A stretch of 63,786 nt of DNA, filler included, from Atractiella rhizophila (GCA_021432655.1; 3 parts of 3 records of this genome joined end to end with filler, not necessarily neighbours in it), one strand, 5' to 3'. Numbered from the whole stretch's first letter, positions 35,225 to 49,250 are shown. Made by a program: numbers and translations. Notes: generated by a model from the letters alone, not told the origin.

Positions 35225-36386
35225 CTACTCCATTGGCTCGTCATCACTCTCCCTCCTCTCACTATGTTCACCACTCTCCCCGTCTGTAGAGGTGTACTCG
35301 TTGTCGTCGCCGCTGCTTTCTTCGTTTAACACTTCCTTGGGTCTGTTCCTCCTCCTCGGCAACGATCCCGTCGTAGGCCTCTGCTGCACTAACCTTTTTC
35401 TGTACCATTCTAAAGAGAGCCACGGGTCCTTCTTGAACCACCTGTCTTGATACCCCACCCATGTGTGACCATCCTCCTCAATGACCATCAGTCCATGAGC
35501 AGCTGACTTGAGGCGAGGGGTCTTGACTGCGTCAGACAGCGGCATCTCTCCAGATGACTGTATTCTCTCCAAGCCGAAGCATGGAAGCGTGTCGTTCCTA
35601 CCCCCTGATCCAACCAATATTTGACCGTGATCCTCTTCATGAACCATATCTCGGCGAGCCGAGTCGATATGCTCATCTACAACGTCAGGAGACTGACGTG
35701 GTCGCTGTGCAATAGGAAGGAGGGAAAATGGCACCGTGGGAGTTGGACAAGTGTTGGGGATGGATCGCAAGCCACGGCTACTGGAGTAATTGCGATGGGA
35801 TGAAAGAAAGGTAGAGTCGGTTCTTGAGTCGGGCACGTCAAAGCTTGAAGTCTTGCTGTGGGGAGGAGAGCACCTTATTCTCGATCTAGCAAAGGAATCT
35901 TCTAGAGTTACTGCCCCCGACACATACTCCTGTATAGGGGATGTGGTGGAAAAGATGTGCGCGTTTGAAAGCTCTAAGGGGTGTGGATCTGCTACGGAAG
36001 TCGGCACGTTTGGTTCGGGGGAAAAGTGACAGCTCCTCGTGAACGTCCGGTCACAACCTTGCTTCCTTGTCTCGCATCCTTCCTCAGAACTGTTGCTAAG
36101 GCTCAACCTAATGCTTCTGCAAGAGAGGAGAAACCGACTTCTTCCCTGACGTGGCCACTCGCTTCCTCTTCTTTGGGCACATTTTCAGCCTCTCTGGCTT
36201 GTTAACCCCTAATCCCTCGTTATCGCTCGATTCGTGAGTAAGGTCGATGATCTCGATGGGTCTCTTTACCACAATGGAGTACCCATCCGGCAAGCGAAAC
36301 CTCTGGCCGCCGCCGATAAGGACAGTCCCATCGTACCCATGTCCAGCATCGAGCGGCCACAGTAGCAGAGGAGAAGGTGCCTCCAT
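35225..36386 (-). CDS. Hypothetical, largely disordered protein with SUMO-interacting-like motif (IEIIDLT) and NLS-like PKKRKR
   Basis: ORFs 36108-36386 and 35225-36106 can be joined by a short intron. Confidence 0.5.
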
Positions 36387-38897
36387 CGCCAGCGGGTTGA
36401 GAGCAGATGAAGGATCAGCGTGCTTTTGTGCGATGGGATCTGACGAACGGAGAAGAGGAGATCAAGAACACCGTCGAAGACCCGTTCCTTGTTGCGTTTG
36501 CTTTGGGTTGTTGACACGGCCGCAAACGACCACACGCACGACGCGAAACCGAATGACAGTCGCTCGTCTTTATATTGTAATTGATTGGCCGTAATTGAGT
36601 AATATTGAGTGTCGGAAGAATTGATCTTACGAATGGTGTCGGCTGAATTGACTGTCAACGAAGGTTCCTGCTGTGGGATGTTCCAGTCGACGCTTTCGGC
36701 CAGGCTCTCAGCTGGTGCCCAAAAGGGCCAAAGAATGTTAGAGGGACTGCACTTGGTCAGGCAATTAAACTGTAATGGTGCCACAAGGAAGCAAGTAACG
36801 CACCAGGGACATCAATTTCCGGAAGCAGTAGTGCCAGACAGGCAAGAGCGCACTCTGGATGGTGGTTCGATCCAAAAATCCATGGCTGTCTTAAAGGAGT
36901 GATAGAGATTTGGAACTGGTCAGTGGGCTGCTTTTGAAGGTCAGACGTCGTTCCAAAAACATGGACAGGACATGCTGACAATTTGCGGTTCTGTTGCGAA
37001 GTCGTGAGAGTTTGCAGCGCCGCTGAATTGCAGAGCGCAAGTGTGAAGCTTTGAAGATCTCGGAGACAGAACGACGCGTTGTGGAGACTTTGGAATTTCT
37101 GGCAAATGTTGCAGCTTCAGAAGGTCTATTGTTGGTTGAAAGACAGTAGGAAGACGTGTCTTGGGAATAAGCAACCCCAACTCGTGCTGGGCGGGAGCGG
37201 AGGTACGCAGTGATCTTGCGTCCTTCGAGTCAGCCACGAGCCTTCTCTGCCCGATCCAACAACGATAAACTTCACAATCTGGTTCTGAATGCAAACTAGA
37301 CAGTCATATTGAGAGGTACTGACATTCTCTCGAGAGCATCGACGACCAAATGAACTGCATCCTAGGAACCATCCTTCGTACGCTCTGGAAAGGCCGACAT
37401 CCGAACTTTTATGCACGCAATGCAACGCAACTGAAGACAAAGTTGCAGACCTTTACTCTGCCATAGCACACGCACGAATGGATAGGAAAACAGTAGCTGG
37501 GTTCGTGGCAGAGGAAACGCGGGTAGATCGGAGTTCGAACGTTCACTGTGCCAAAGAAGCATGGCTAGTTCATGTTATGGCAGACGGCCGTTACAAGGGA
37601 GACTTACGGCACCACAGGTTAGTGAATTTTATGGACGATGGCTATTACAAGGGAAACTTGCCCTATCATATTTTTGGAAAGAAGATGTGTCCACTTTTTA
37701 CTGAGCCAAAGACGCAGCACTGCAACTTCCTACAGGCTTGTATCAAAGTGGGATTCGAGCGATACCTTCACAGTACAGCTCATGTGCGGAACACCCAAGA
37801 TAAAATTGCACAAAGGGCTGACTCTATTATAGTTCCGCACAAATGATAGATAAGCCCTGGTCCCTTCACATAACTCCTTCGCATAACGAAGCGAAGGAGA
37901 TATATTTCTCCTGTCACGTCAAATCAGCCGACAGATAATTTGTCATTCATGTCGGTCAGGGAGAGACAACTGTTACGATAATACAGCGACACGATATTCT
38001 CAGAATTAGAGAGGGACTGCGACTGAGATAAGGATGACGCTCTTATCATTTCATGTCGAACAAGACATTAAGGTAGGCATGAACAATATCGTATTTTCCT
38101 CTCTGCCAGACTACGAAGACTGGGGTTGCAGTCCTCAACATCCTCAACCCCATTCCGACATTAATGATGGTCCACGCGAGAAGCAGTAAACATTCTCGGC
38201 ATTCTGCACTGCACAATCCCATTGCATCATAATAAAATGATCGCTCACCAAAAATATCTTGGCGAACTGGCAGGTTCACCTGCTCAAACGACATTGCGGC
38301 TGACACTTCCTTCTTTCAAAAGTCTCTTCAAGTGCTGCTCTCTGTTCTAACATCCTTCATGCAATAATTCGTTCTCCTACTTTCTCTTGCCCTCGTTGCT
38401 CGTCTGGAATGACTCATGGCAGAACGAGTCAAAACAACGACACAGGAAGTTGATAGTGAACCAGACGGGAATGATGTGGACGAGGAGCTAGGGAGCTTTC
38501 AATAGAAGATGCTGAGCGGAGCAATGGCCAATGAGCGTTGGCTTTGAGTGCTAGTGAGGCGGGAAGATTTTATGTTTTTCAAGAACAGGATTGTTAGTTC
38601 GTGATTTGATTCGTTCAACTTTTGGCCGTTGTAAGGCGCGTAGCGATTGGAGGAAATGACATGAAATGTTGCTGGACGATTTGGGGAATGCCTGTCTGAA
38701 GCCTCACATAAATCAGATCGAGGGGGCAGGATGGGCAACCAACATCTCCTGTCTGTTTGCAATTTAACATGCGTCATTCCCCTCGTAGACACAGCGGTAA
38801 CGGATACATGTGTCAAAGAGAACCAGAGAGAACATGTCGCATGCCAAAGCAGAAAGAGCAATAAAGATGGTTAACAGCTGAATCCCGCCAACGATGC

Positions 38898-39511
38898 TCA
38901 CTTGAACTCTGAAAAGGTGCAGTTCCTCGTCTTACACCCGTCCCTCCCTGTAGCCGTACACCTGCCAGCTTTAACTTCAGGGACCTATCACGCAAGTCAA
39001 TTCCTCGTTCAGGGAGGAGAAAAATCTTGGACGAACATCTGTCATGTTTTCGAAGCCCCTCCAATCTACACACGCGGTGCAGACCAATCCCGCTCCGTCG
39101 CAGGAGCGCTCCGGATAGAACTCGCACGTCAGCCCGTCGCTTGTGATGGCAGAGAAGAGTGATTTGACCCATGGGTCGGGGACTCCCTGAACCATTCGTT
39201 CATCATTCTTCATCTAACCGGGAAGAAACTCCGAAGGAGCCTCACGTAGCAGGTGCCTAATGGGGAGAGATCGAAGGTCTCGCAGTATCCTTCATAGCTC
39301 GTGTCTCCTTCAGTGCGACAATAGCGTCAGAATAAGCTATGGGACAAAGGACGGAGGGAAGCGGACCACAAAGTTTGAGGAGAGTGCCCTGATCCAAGGT
39401 TGAAACGGTATCATTTGAGCTGGAGAGTGACGATGCAGCCTTTGGAAGAATGCGGAGTTGAAGAGCACCAAGAGCGCCAACGACGGCAAAAGAGAGGGAG
39501 AGGAAGAGCAT
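38898..39511 (-). CDS. Small secreted cysteine-rich protein, beta/gamma-crystallin-like pattern
   Basis: Signal peptide MLFLSLSFAVVGALGA. Spliced core DTSYEGYCETFDLSPLGTCY|GVPDPWVKSLFSAITSDGLTCEFYPERSCDG…, last exon VPEVKAGRCTATGRDGCKTRNCTFSEFK*. Confidence 0.7.
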
Positions 39512-40042
39512 TATTTCGTTTCAGATATTGCAAACAAGGGTTGCGATCCAGAAAAGCGAAACTGGGATTTGCTCCATTATCACTTTCATCTGCTTTTATG
39601 GTGCCAGAATGAATGATCGCTTCTTACGTCGCGCACCACGCTGGCGTAGCATTTACGAGCCAATTTTTCAATAGGACGTAGAATGGGAATGAGATGTGGA
39701 ATTGCGCCTGAATCCCTAAGGAGCAATGAGTGGGGAGGGTAGCAACCCTTCGGAACGCCGTCATGCACCAATACGATGGGTGACCTTGGCCGCATTCTGG
39801 CTGGTTTGCTTGTTAGCACCAAAATAGACGCAGAACAGAAATTGTGATGCGAATGCCAATACAATGGGCTCGCATCCAGTTGCGGCGAACTTCAACTGGA
39901 GAGACGGAGGACGCCAAGGTGACGTAATGCCCTCCCATATTAAGACAGCTCACTTCTGTTATGCACAGATGCTGCAAAACACACTAGTAGTCCTTTGTAA
40001 TCACCAACTTCCAGACCAATTCCTCTCATACTCCCTCCAATC

Positions 40043-40351
40043 ATGGGAATTGTATGCAGGTGCGTCGCTCATCCAGGCTCCCAACGGAAAGCTCAAGGAC
40101 GTCACATTGGCAGTCTAATAGCAGACCTCTTCCGCTGCATCGGGGACTCCATCATGTTTATATTTGATGCCATAGCTTCATTCCTCGTAGCTATCGTGGA
40201 TTGCATCGTTTGTGAGTTTTCCCTCGACCGTTTCCCGAAATAAAAGGACACTTGAACTGACGATGCCTTGGGAACAGCGGCGTTTGTCTGCTTCTTCGAT
40301 ACTCTGGGTGATATACTGTGCTGCAGATGTGGTTCCAGAAGAGTGTATTAG
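40043..40351 (+). CDS. ~62-aa hydrophobic helical microprotein (MG..C start, CCRC end)
   Basis: Three exons give MGIVCSLIADLFRCIGDSIMFIFDAIASFLVAIVDCIVSAFVCFFDTLGDILCCRCGSRRVY*; introns GT-AG. Confidence 0.75.
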
Positions 40352-40820
40352 TAGCATCCCGGGATTGAAGAAGAATGGGAATTGGAGAGATGTGATAAGT
40401 CCGAATGTTGATGTCGATTAGTCATTCGTGGTTGTTTGTCTGCCATACCTTGATGGGAGTATATAGCCCCTTGTCGATAGTCAATTGTAGATACCCAACA
40501 TCTGTTTGTGGAATTTGGCCTTTCAGTGTTCCGTCGACAATGTCCCGAGTCCCTCACTTGCAGCAAGTAGTTTGCAATGCTATTCATCGGAGGTTTTGGG
40601 AAATTCGATTGCTTCCAGCTGTACACTTCAGTATTTTCACTAAATAAAAAAACGTAAAAGGGAGAGGATAGCACAACAGTATTCCTTCTGTTCATCATCA
40701 AAACAACACCGAAAGACTTCGAAAACCTATTCTGAAAATCCTGAATAAGAAAGAGTTGAGGTCGGAATGCAAGAGCATCTTTCGATCTTGCAATCAGCAC
40801 CAAGGTGAGAGGGAACGGAC

Positions 40821-42497
40821 CTAGACGGCTTTCTCCAAGTGGACCATGACCTCTCTCACATCATTCTCGCTGGGAACACTGGCGCTAGCGATGGAACGGT
40901 CTTCTCCGCCTCTTCCCCTTGGTGGAGCAAATGTGAGCTCTCCTCCGCGTCCATTGTTTGCGATATGCAATTTAATGGCTTCTAGGTCGGGGAAGGATCT
41001 GGACTCAGAGCGCGAAAACGTGTTGGTCGACACCTATCGTACAAATAGAAGTAGCAAGTGAGACAATATGTACGGATGAAAATCACACAGAGGGGGAGAC
41101 GAACCAACACTCCGCCCATCTCAACCTTATGCTCCATCGCCCCCGTCCCATTCGCTCCTTTCCTCGCCGCATACCGTCCGCTCCCCCCACTGCCCGTTCC
41201 TCCATTGCTGCCAGCCGAAGCTGAACTTGACGAACCCATTGCCTCTTCGTACAAGACTAGGACGGAGACGACGTAAATTTTGGGGATGAAGAACGCGACG
41301 CTGTAGTGGTATCCGTGCTTGATGTCTCCGAACCAGATGGCGAGGTGAATGAGTTGGAGGATGGAAGGGGTGAGCGAGGTCTCGAACGTCAGGCGGATCC
41401 ACTGTCGCCATCACCATCACCATCACCATTCAGTTTTCTCGTTTCGTTTCAGCTGGGAGTGAAGTGAGAAGTAGGCTTACCCGATTGACCATCTCCCGCG
41501 TTTGACCGTATGACGAGATTCGTCGATTCTTCAGGAGGTAGTAGGTGAAGATCCCACACAGCAACACGTCCGCGACTGCGGCTCCTCCCAACCAGAACGA
41601 GCTTGGCAGACTGTTGGATCAGTTGTATCGTCAATGCTTCTTCATAACTCGACGAGAAAGGGAGAACGGACTAAAGGACGGGTATCCATTCGGGGATGGG
41701 ACGGTCCAGGACGATGATGCATGTCCAGACGGCGCCGACCAAGCCTGTTATCGAGAACATTGGGGCTATTGCCAGTGCGCTGCCAAAGCAGACTATTCAA
41801 CTTTCCATGCCAGTCCAGAAATTTAGGAAAGACGAACATGTAAGTTCCGAGCAGGTTGCCGCCTAATTGCTTTCCTCCCATCTGGCTCCTCCGCACCAAA
41901 TTCAGGATCCTATGGCGTTGTAAGACCTCTTATTTTAGAGTGGCAAATGAGAAAGGAACAAACCTTCGAATGTATACCACATGCGTGAGAGAAGCAATGA
42001 AGGCGTCCAAGAACACACCTCCGAACGCAGATGGCAGATGGAGGTGCGTCACCAAGGAAGATGAGGACACCTTTCTCTGCCGCTCCACTCACGAGGGCCG
42101 AAAGGTTGAGAGCTTTCGAAACGCTGTTTCACAGTCTCGTGTTAATTTTCTCTCATGCAGAAATTGGGGAAAAAACACACGTTTCGCCGAGGTTGGCACC
42201 TAGGAGGACGAGAAGGAGGAACCAGGTGAGTTTTGACCGGTTCTCTTGATTGCGGAGGAGGCGAAAGACGTTATTACTGTACTTCCCATAAGTTGGTCCC
42301 ATTCTGTTATGGTAAAGCAGGAGAAGAAAGACGGACAATTGCAAGATGGTGATCCCAAACAGAGTGAAATTGATCAACGCACCGACAACTACAGGACGGA
42401 GCAGCGAGACGTAGAGATCGGGCGTGAAAGGTAGGAAGGTCGGTGGTGCTCCTGGTCCTGAGTCGGAGGATGGAGGGAGGTTAGGTTCCATAGACAT
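40821..42497 (-). CDS. Basidiomycete multi-pass membrane protein, DUF6534-type
   Basis: N-terminal PVVVGALINFTLFGITILQ; C-terminal TSFETSLTPSILQLIHLAIW…FFIPKIYVVSVL; low-complexity tail; many introns. Confidence 0.75.
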
Positions 42498-42886
42498 TGC
42501 GTTCTTTTCGAGGACTTCATGTTTAACAGTAGGATCAGCTTACGAATAGAGCACGACGGAGTGGAAGTTGGCGGACTCACCAAGCTGATCAAGAAGCTGA
42601 GGCGGAAAGACCTGGAGGGGATTGTCTGGCTCGCCCATGCCTTTTAAAATGGGAAAGAAGCATTTCGAGGAGCGAGTACGTCACTGAGCGCGCCTCCTCA
42701 ACGCCTCACCACACTCGTTTACTCGCGCTCTAATCACCTCCAACTCGAAAGCTGAACCACTCGACATTGAGGTGACCCTTCTTCGTCCTGATTCTCGATC
42801 GACATCGTCGACATGTTATGTAAACCGCTCCGTCCACGCCTTCGATTCAGCTTCCACCAGCCACAAAGAAGAAGTAGTTGACATCC

Positions 42887-42986
42887 NNNNNNNNNNNNNN
42901 NNNNNNNNNNNNNNNNNNNNNNNNNNNNNNTTAATTAATTAANNNNNNNNNNNNNNNNNNNNNNNNNNNNNNNNNNNNNNNNNNNN
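42887..42986. other. Assembly join: 100 nt of N with TTAATTAATTAA linker (42931-42942)
   Basis: Same construct as 21433-21532. Confidence 0.95.
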
Positions 42987-43848
42987 TCCTCATTGGACAT
43001 ATCGCTTTGGCCTTGCGAGCTAGCGATCGATTTGCTCTTCACTTACTAGGCTTATTTTCGATTGATGGCAAAGCTACAGGTCCGTACTTTGATTTGCACG
43101 CGACTCTTCTAACTTCATTGCAGAGATCATTAACAACTTCCGCACATCTCTCTTCGACCTCCAATCATCCACCATCAAAGAATGGATCGTACATGCAGTC
43201 GACGAGGCGACTTCTGCCATGGAACAATTTTCCCATTCAGTTCACCCATCTGAACCCTTTATGCACAACAGTGGGACAATTTCTCAACCCAGCACCGTCT
43301 TGTTGGGCTCTCTGCATTCCCTGATGAAATCTGTTGAGACTCTTGGCCCACAACGCCTGAATGCCGATCGACAGATACTCCCCAACATCATGCGACTCTA
43401 TCGTTCAAAAGTGCTAAAAATTTGCGAATCTCTCGTTGAGGTGGTAGCAACCATCGAAGACGAGGGTTCACGGACGTCCATTGCATCTCAAACACTGTGG
43501 GATCTCGAGTTCTGTGCTCTGCTGTGGGAGGAAGAGAAGCAAGAGAAAGCAGAACGACTTGTATTCTCCGGTGTTCAGGAGCAATTGCGAGTGCTGGTCT
43601 GTTCATTCCCTTTCTAAATGCAAGGTTTCGGGCTAAAAAGGTGCCAACAGGTGAACAAAGAGCATCTGCAAGACCCGTCGACGTACTTCCGAAGAACACA
43701 GACGCTCTTTTTCTCACTCCTACCATCGCAAGCTAAGTGGATGCCGTATGGGGTGGCGGCTGTTGAGAGAGACGGCAATGTTAGAGGGACGGGAGTAGAG
43801 GTGGTTAGCAATGTTGGTGCTCGATTAGGACTGTTGCCAGTTCGGTAA
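42987..43848 (+). CDS. 3' part of a gene truncated by the gap, possibly COG complex subunit 1
   Basis: QTLWDLEF…, YFRRTQTLFFSLL and terminal ARLGLLPVR* resemble fungal COG1 C-termini (recalled). Confidence 0.5.
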
Positions 43849-44396
43849 TTGCTTGTGGGATGTTAATTTCGATTTTCTGTTGTTGGAGATCTTACTCTCA
43901 GCGTTGGAATGTTCAGTTCAGGTTCTTTCTTTCATTTCCTCACCACCGCTTGAATCCTCTAAGGAATTGTCTCCAGAGAATCAGACATGGCAAGCAGCAT
44001 AGAGTTGATCCGGTCGATTTGTCGGCAGTGCCCTCGATGAAGATAATGAAGATGAAAATTGCATCGAACATCCCCTTGCTGCTCAGATGAAAAATCGGTC
44101 GTCGCTCCACACGAGCGAAATGAATGCAAAAGCTCTGAAAAAATAAAAACAACAAATCCCATTTGTATCAGAAAGAAAAGATGCCTAGTGCTGGGAGAGA
44201 ATGATGAGGCTGATTGGAGTCCAGGTATGAGAATAAAAATAGGACAGGTTCATTCCATCGAATCTACTATCTACCTAAACATGAAAAGAGAGTCAAATCA
44301 AATGGTTCTAAATAGCTCCGCTCCTGCGGAGACGGAAAGAGAAGCTGAAATGGAAGAAGACGAACCACAGCATAACCGTCCCCATCAAGTGACCAT

Positions 44397-45501
44397 TTAC
44401 ATGAAGAAGAGACCAGCAGCGACGAGCGCAACAGACATGATGTAGTTCTTAGACTCAATCATCATCTTGCCAACGGATCCAGGCAGGTTGTCACCGACAG
44501 CAGCGGACTGGATGGCGTTGACGAATCCGGAACCACAGACACCGGAAAGACCGTCCCAGAGATCGGATTGTCCTGCGAAGAGGGCAGAGTTGGCGATACC
44601 GGTCTTGTGGGGGACGGTGGATTGGAAAGCGAGGAATTGAAGCAGAGTGGTCTTGGTGCATTGGGTGCAAACCATCTTGGAGGGCATCTTCGGGCTGATG
44701 AACATGTACATCATGTTGGTCGAAGAGATGGTCTCAGAGTTGGGAACGTAGGCGGTAACTCCTCCCGAAGTGGTTTGGATGTAGAGATTCTTGGCATCCA
44801 AAGCATCACCAGCATAATTGGCAATGTCAAAGTCCTTCGCCTTGTCGCCAGTTCCCTCATCGGTCGAGGTCGAGTTGCCAGTTAAGGTGGCATTGGAGAT
44901 GTCACTTCCAGCGGAGGGTTCAATTCCAGCAACGATTTCTTTGATGCACGAAGTCTCGCTTCCGGTATCCATGGCACAAAGGGCTTGCCTCCAAGGAGTG
45001 TAGGCATAGAAAAGGTCGTAGGTAGTTCTAACCGTCTGGATGCCAGTATCGGGGTCCAATTCAGCCTCGCAAGCGGATCCAAAGTCGTTCAAGAGGTCGA
45101 CGACGAGTTCAGTCCCGCATGGCGTAGCGGTACAGAGAGAGTTGAGAGCTGCGTTGACCTCCTTGGCCGAAGCGGTCTCTCCAGCTTGAGGGAGAAAAGC
45201 GGAGACAGCGGAGGTGTAGGGCTTCAGGCAGGTCTTGAGGTCGGAGTTGCCGTTAAGCTCGGCGAGGAAAGCCTGACAGTTCGTCGAGGCGCTAGAAGGA
45301 ATCAAAGGGTTGGTGGCTAAAAAACGAAGGAAATGTCAACACTCCGGTAATCAACACAAGAAGTGGCCTAAAAATCCACAGAGAGCCACCAGACCCTTTC
45401 TGGACTCGAAAGAACACGAAAAACTGACCAGTTGTGGAGTTTTGAGCCACGACCCCAGAAGCCCCCACAACGGCGATAGCGACAAGAGCGTTCGACTTCA
45501 T
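44397..45501 (-). CDS. Secreted, probably GPI-anchored cysteine-rich cell-surface protein
   Basis: Signal peptide MKSNALVAIAVVGASGVVAQ, one intron, a ~300-aa exon with 10 Cys, and hydrophobic C-terminus IMSVALVAAGLFFM. Confidence 0.85.
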
Positions 45502-46354
45502 CTTTCTCAAATAAATGTCTAACTGAGTTTATGGGCTGAAAATGAGAGGTATGTCAAAGGAATGTTGGGGTTCGAGAGGTAACTCTGAGATGGAGACGGG
45601 GATTCTCGAGGTGGTCGCTAGAAAAGGGGTCTAAGCGTGGAAAGTCGGGGCATGCGAAGAGCCTTGTGCTTGCCCTGACCCTAACTGCAAATTCCTCCCT
45701 TCACGTGATCATGTGATCTTAAGCTTTTCGGGACGCAACTGTCCTACACAACAAAACAGGTTTGGGCAGTTCCCTGAGCTTGCAAATGCTGTACTACGCT
45801 GCTTATTTCTGTTGAGGAAGAGAAGGCGACGTGCTATTCCCAGTCGGACCCCCAATCCATCCAGTCCCAACTCTCCCTACCGATCTAATCCCGGATCCCT
45901 TTTCCTTTCCTCCCTCTCTTGCAACTTGTATCGTTGTCGAGGAAAGGGATTGGTATAATTCGTCCGAAGTCAGCGAATCAAAGTTAATCAACTTCAGTTA
46001 TATAGGGGAAGAAGGTCGACGAACAAAGTTCAATATCACAACGTATATTGCATTCATATTCGAGCTTCGAGAACCAGTTGACTTCTCAGGACTTATGTAA
46101 CTCTCTTCCAGGAAAGCGTCGGACCACCTTGACGGATTCTCTCCGTTTCATCGTTTATGTGCATGGGCTGGATAGACATGACAGTCTTCGATGAATTCGA
46201 TGGGCTGGGCTAATCTGTAACTGCCTTCGATCGCTCATTGTCGTCGACTTCTCTCGCCCTCCCTTCTTAATGGCGACCTCGCTCAGTCGCTCCAGAATTT
46301 CTTCCATCTTCAGTCGGAGGCAGCGTCCAAGTCCTCATCAAGAAAGCGAAAAAA

Positions 46355-48750
46355 ATGAACGACTACCTCTTCATCCCGCTCCTCTTGCAAGCTTCCTACA
46401 TTTTTTATCTTTACGTCAAAAATCGAGTGCTGTCACCTATCCGACACATCCCAGGCCCCTTCTTATGGACCATTTCAGACTATCCTAGGACTCTCTGCTC
46501 CTTGAGAGGCAGAGCGGCGATGACAATCCACTCTTTCACGGAGGAGTATGGCGGTTAGATTTTCTCTTTCAAACCAATAATTTTTCACCGTCTGTTTTCT
46601 TTTGGTAGATGTCGTTCGTATTGGCCCCAATATGGTCATGTTCTTCGATCGTGATGCCATGAAGAAAGTCTACGGTGTGTCTACCTTTATCTCTATCGAA
46701 CATTGAGATAACGCATCTCTGGAACTGAAGGCCATGGTTCAAAGTTCTACAAGACAGTCAGTCGTCCTTCTACCCTGAAGTAACAACAGCCTGACCCAAA
46801 TTTGTGTGCGGCCATGTCTGTCTTATTGCAGGAGTTCTATTTGGCCTTCAATTTCGACAAGACCGATAACTCCTCCATGGCTTCGCTCGCCAATGAGACC
46901 CATCGGGTTCGACGAGGCGTGCATGCGCGAGCGTGGACGAAGAATAACTTGATCGCTCAACAACATCTCGTCCAGGTTCGTTTCTTCCTCCTGCGTACCT
47001 GGACTCGAGGGAGAATAAAGCTGAGACGCGGGGAGGTAGGATAAGGTCAACGCTTTCATTGCAAAGCTTGCGAAGGAATCAGCGAACGGAGAACCTGTCG
47101 ACATCTTTCGTTGGTTCGCATATTTGACCCATGATGGTTCGTCCTCTCCACTTCATAATCATTGCTCACAAACCATGGGTTGAAGTTATGATCAAAGTCG
47201 CAACGGGACAAGAAAGTAAATGCACTGAAGCTGGTGCGGTGGACGACGGTGTGTCAGCTTTCCATTCCTTTATCTCTGCCGCTAACGCCACGTTCAGTGC
47301 TTGAAGCTTCTTTGGTTGGAGGAATGAATGCGTTCCTAGGAGGATTCCCTATCGTCTATTGGATACTGAACCGGTTGCCCATCCCTTCCATACAATATAT
47401 CGTCACGGCACTTGACAGGCTACAGCTTGTACGTCCATTATTGGTTATTCTGGATGTTGCTGGGCTCAGTATGATTTAGAAAGGACATGAGATGCTCAAA
47501 AAACATCGTGCAAAATCTTTGGAGGATCAGAAGGACGGCATGATTTTACAACAGCTCCTAGAGGATGCGAAGAGGTTAGGTCTCCCAGACGCTGCTGTCG
47601 TGAATGAGTACGCTATTTCTCTCGTTCACCATCATCTACTTACATTGCTCGGCAGAATGTTCTCATTTATGTCCGTTCCCCTATCTGTGACCCCGATCAC
47701 CACTGATCAGATTTGGGCTGAAGTGTTGCTGGAGGCGACACCACCAAGACCGCCCTCACCTTCTTCTGTTACAATGTGTGGACACGCCCTGAGTTTCTCT
47801 CTAAGCTGAAGGTGAGTTATTACGATTACTGGAATATCATCGATCTCACTTCCGTCTTTGCACAGGCTGAAATCGACATCGCCATGCCAAACGCTGAGGA
47901 CACAATCACATGGGAAGTCGCGAACTCTCTCCCTCTTCTGGTTGCCGCCTGTCAGGTCTGTCCCATCATCATTGTTGAACCATGATCTTAATAGCGCGCA
48001 TCATTAGGAAACGATCCGCCTCTTCTCGCCTGTACCTGGCATTCTTCCTCGTTATGTACCTGATGAAGTTGGTGGATTACAGGTTGGCTTTCTTTTCTAT
48101 GACTAATCCACTCTCCATGGAAGCATAGCTAACTACCATGGGTTACATAGATTGGAAAGATATTTATCCCGCCGCGGACGCAAGTGACCACTCAGCCGTT
48201 CTCTGTACATCGTGATAAAACGGTCTACGGTGACGACGCAGACGAATGGAAACCGGAACGATGGCTTGTTCGTACCATCTTTGCATTCACTTTCTCTCGT
48301 TCTGAAACAGAACTGATAACAACGTGGTGTAGGATCCGGCGAAGGCTGAAATCTACCTTCGAAACAACTTGGCATTTGGTTCCTCTTCCTTACCTTACTT
48401 TAAAATCGACGATCTGATTCCTAAACAGGACAGGGACAGCGCCAGTGCATTGGCATGAATCTAGCCCACATCGTCTGTTCTCTCCCCCTTCTTAACTTTC
48501 CCATCTGATCTATGTATGGTCAGGAATTGTACCTGGCTGCGGCAGCTATGATTCGCAACTTTGACGCTGAGCTGGTCGGGAGCGAATACTACAAACAATT
48601 GGCGGGTGATTATGACGATTTCTTCACTGTGGGTCCAAATCTCCCTCCTATGCATCAAGCTATGTTGTTAAGAGCAATCGTTTGCGTATTCAGCTTTGGG
48701 TCAGGACGCCGGATAGGACCCAAAATTGGAAGTTGACGAGAAGAACCTAA
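46355..48750 (+). CDS. Cytochrome P450 (highly intron-fragmented)
   Basis: N-terminal TM plus PIRHIPGP; I-helix AGGDTT; K-helix ETIR; KPERW; heme motif FG…GQRQCIG. Confidence 0.93.
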
Positions 48751-49250
48751 ACACCTCATTTGGCTCTTTCTGTTGCCACGATTTGTTATGACATGATAAG
48801 ATTTTGAAGAAGTGTGTACCAGCCATCAACAGTAGGCTATCCTCTTTAAACTGGACCCTGACGACCAGAATAAGTAATGCGTAGTACGTCTTGATATTCC
48901 TCTTCACGATTCATGCGCAACTAGTTTCTTAAATGTCTTTCTGTCCTTCTATCGATTGTTTGGGCTCTCAATGGAAATATAATAGGATATTGTCGTGCAG
49001 AGGAATCAAAGAAATGGAACGCTAAGCCTCAAAAGTTAAATCTTGGAATCATTCGCACGGGCACTAGCGCATGAACTCATATGATGATTCCTTCAAGAGC
49101 AAAAACGATTGCAGCTCTCTAGATAAGAGAATAAAATATGTAACGCACTGCTGGTATCCAAGGTATCATCAAATATCATCCTTCATCACGTCCACTTCCA
49201 AGACCAAACAGCAATGCCCACCGTATCCTCCACCATCCAATCGATCTATC

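Noticed and set aside
41408..41429. (CACCAT)n that could encode poly-His
   Set aside because: Falls within an inferred intron of the minus-strand membrane-protein gene; a simple microsatellite.
46355..48750. P450 as tailoring enzyme for the KEP peptide
   Set aside because: At least 27 kb away, across three assembly gaps and many unrelated genes.
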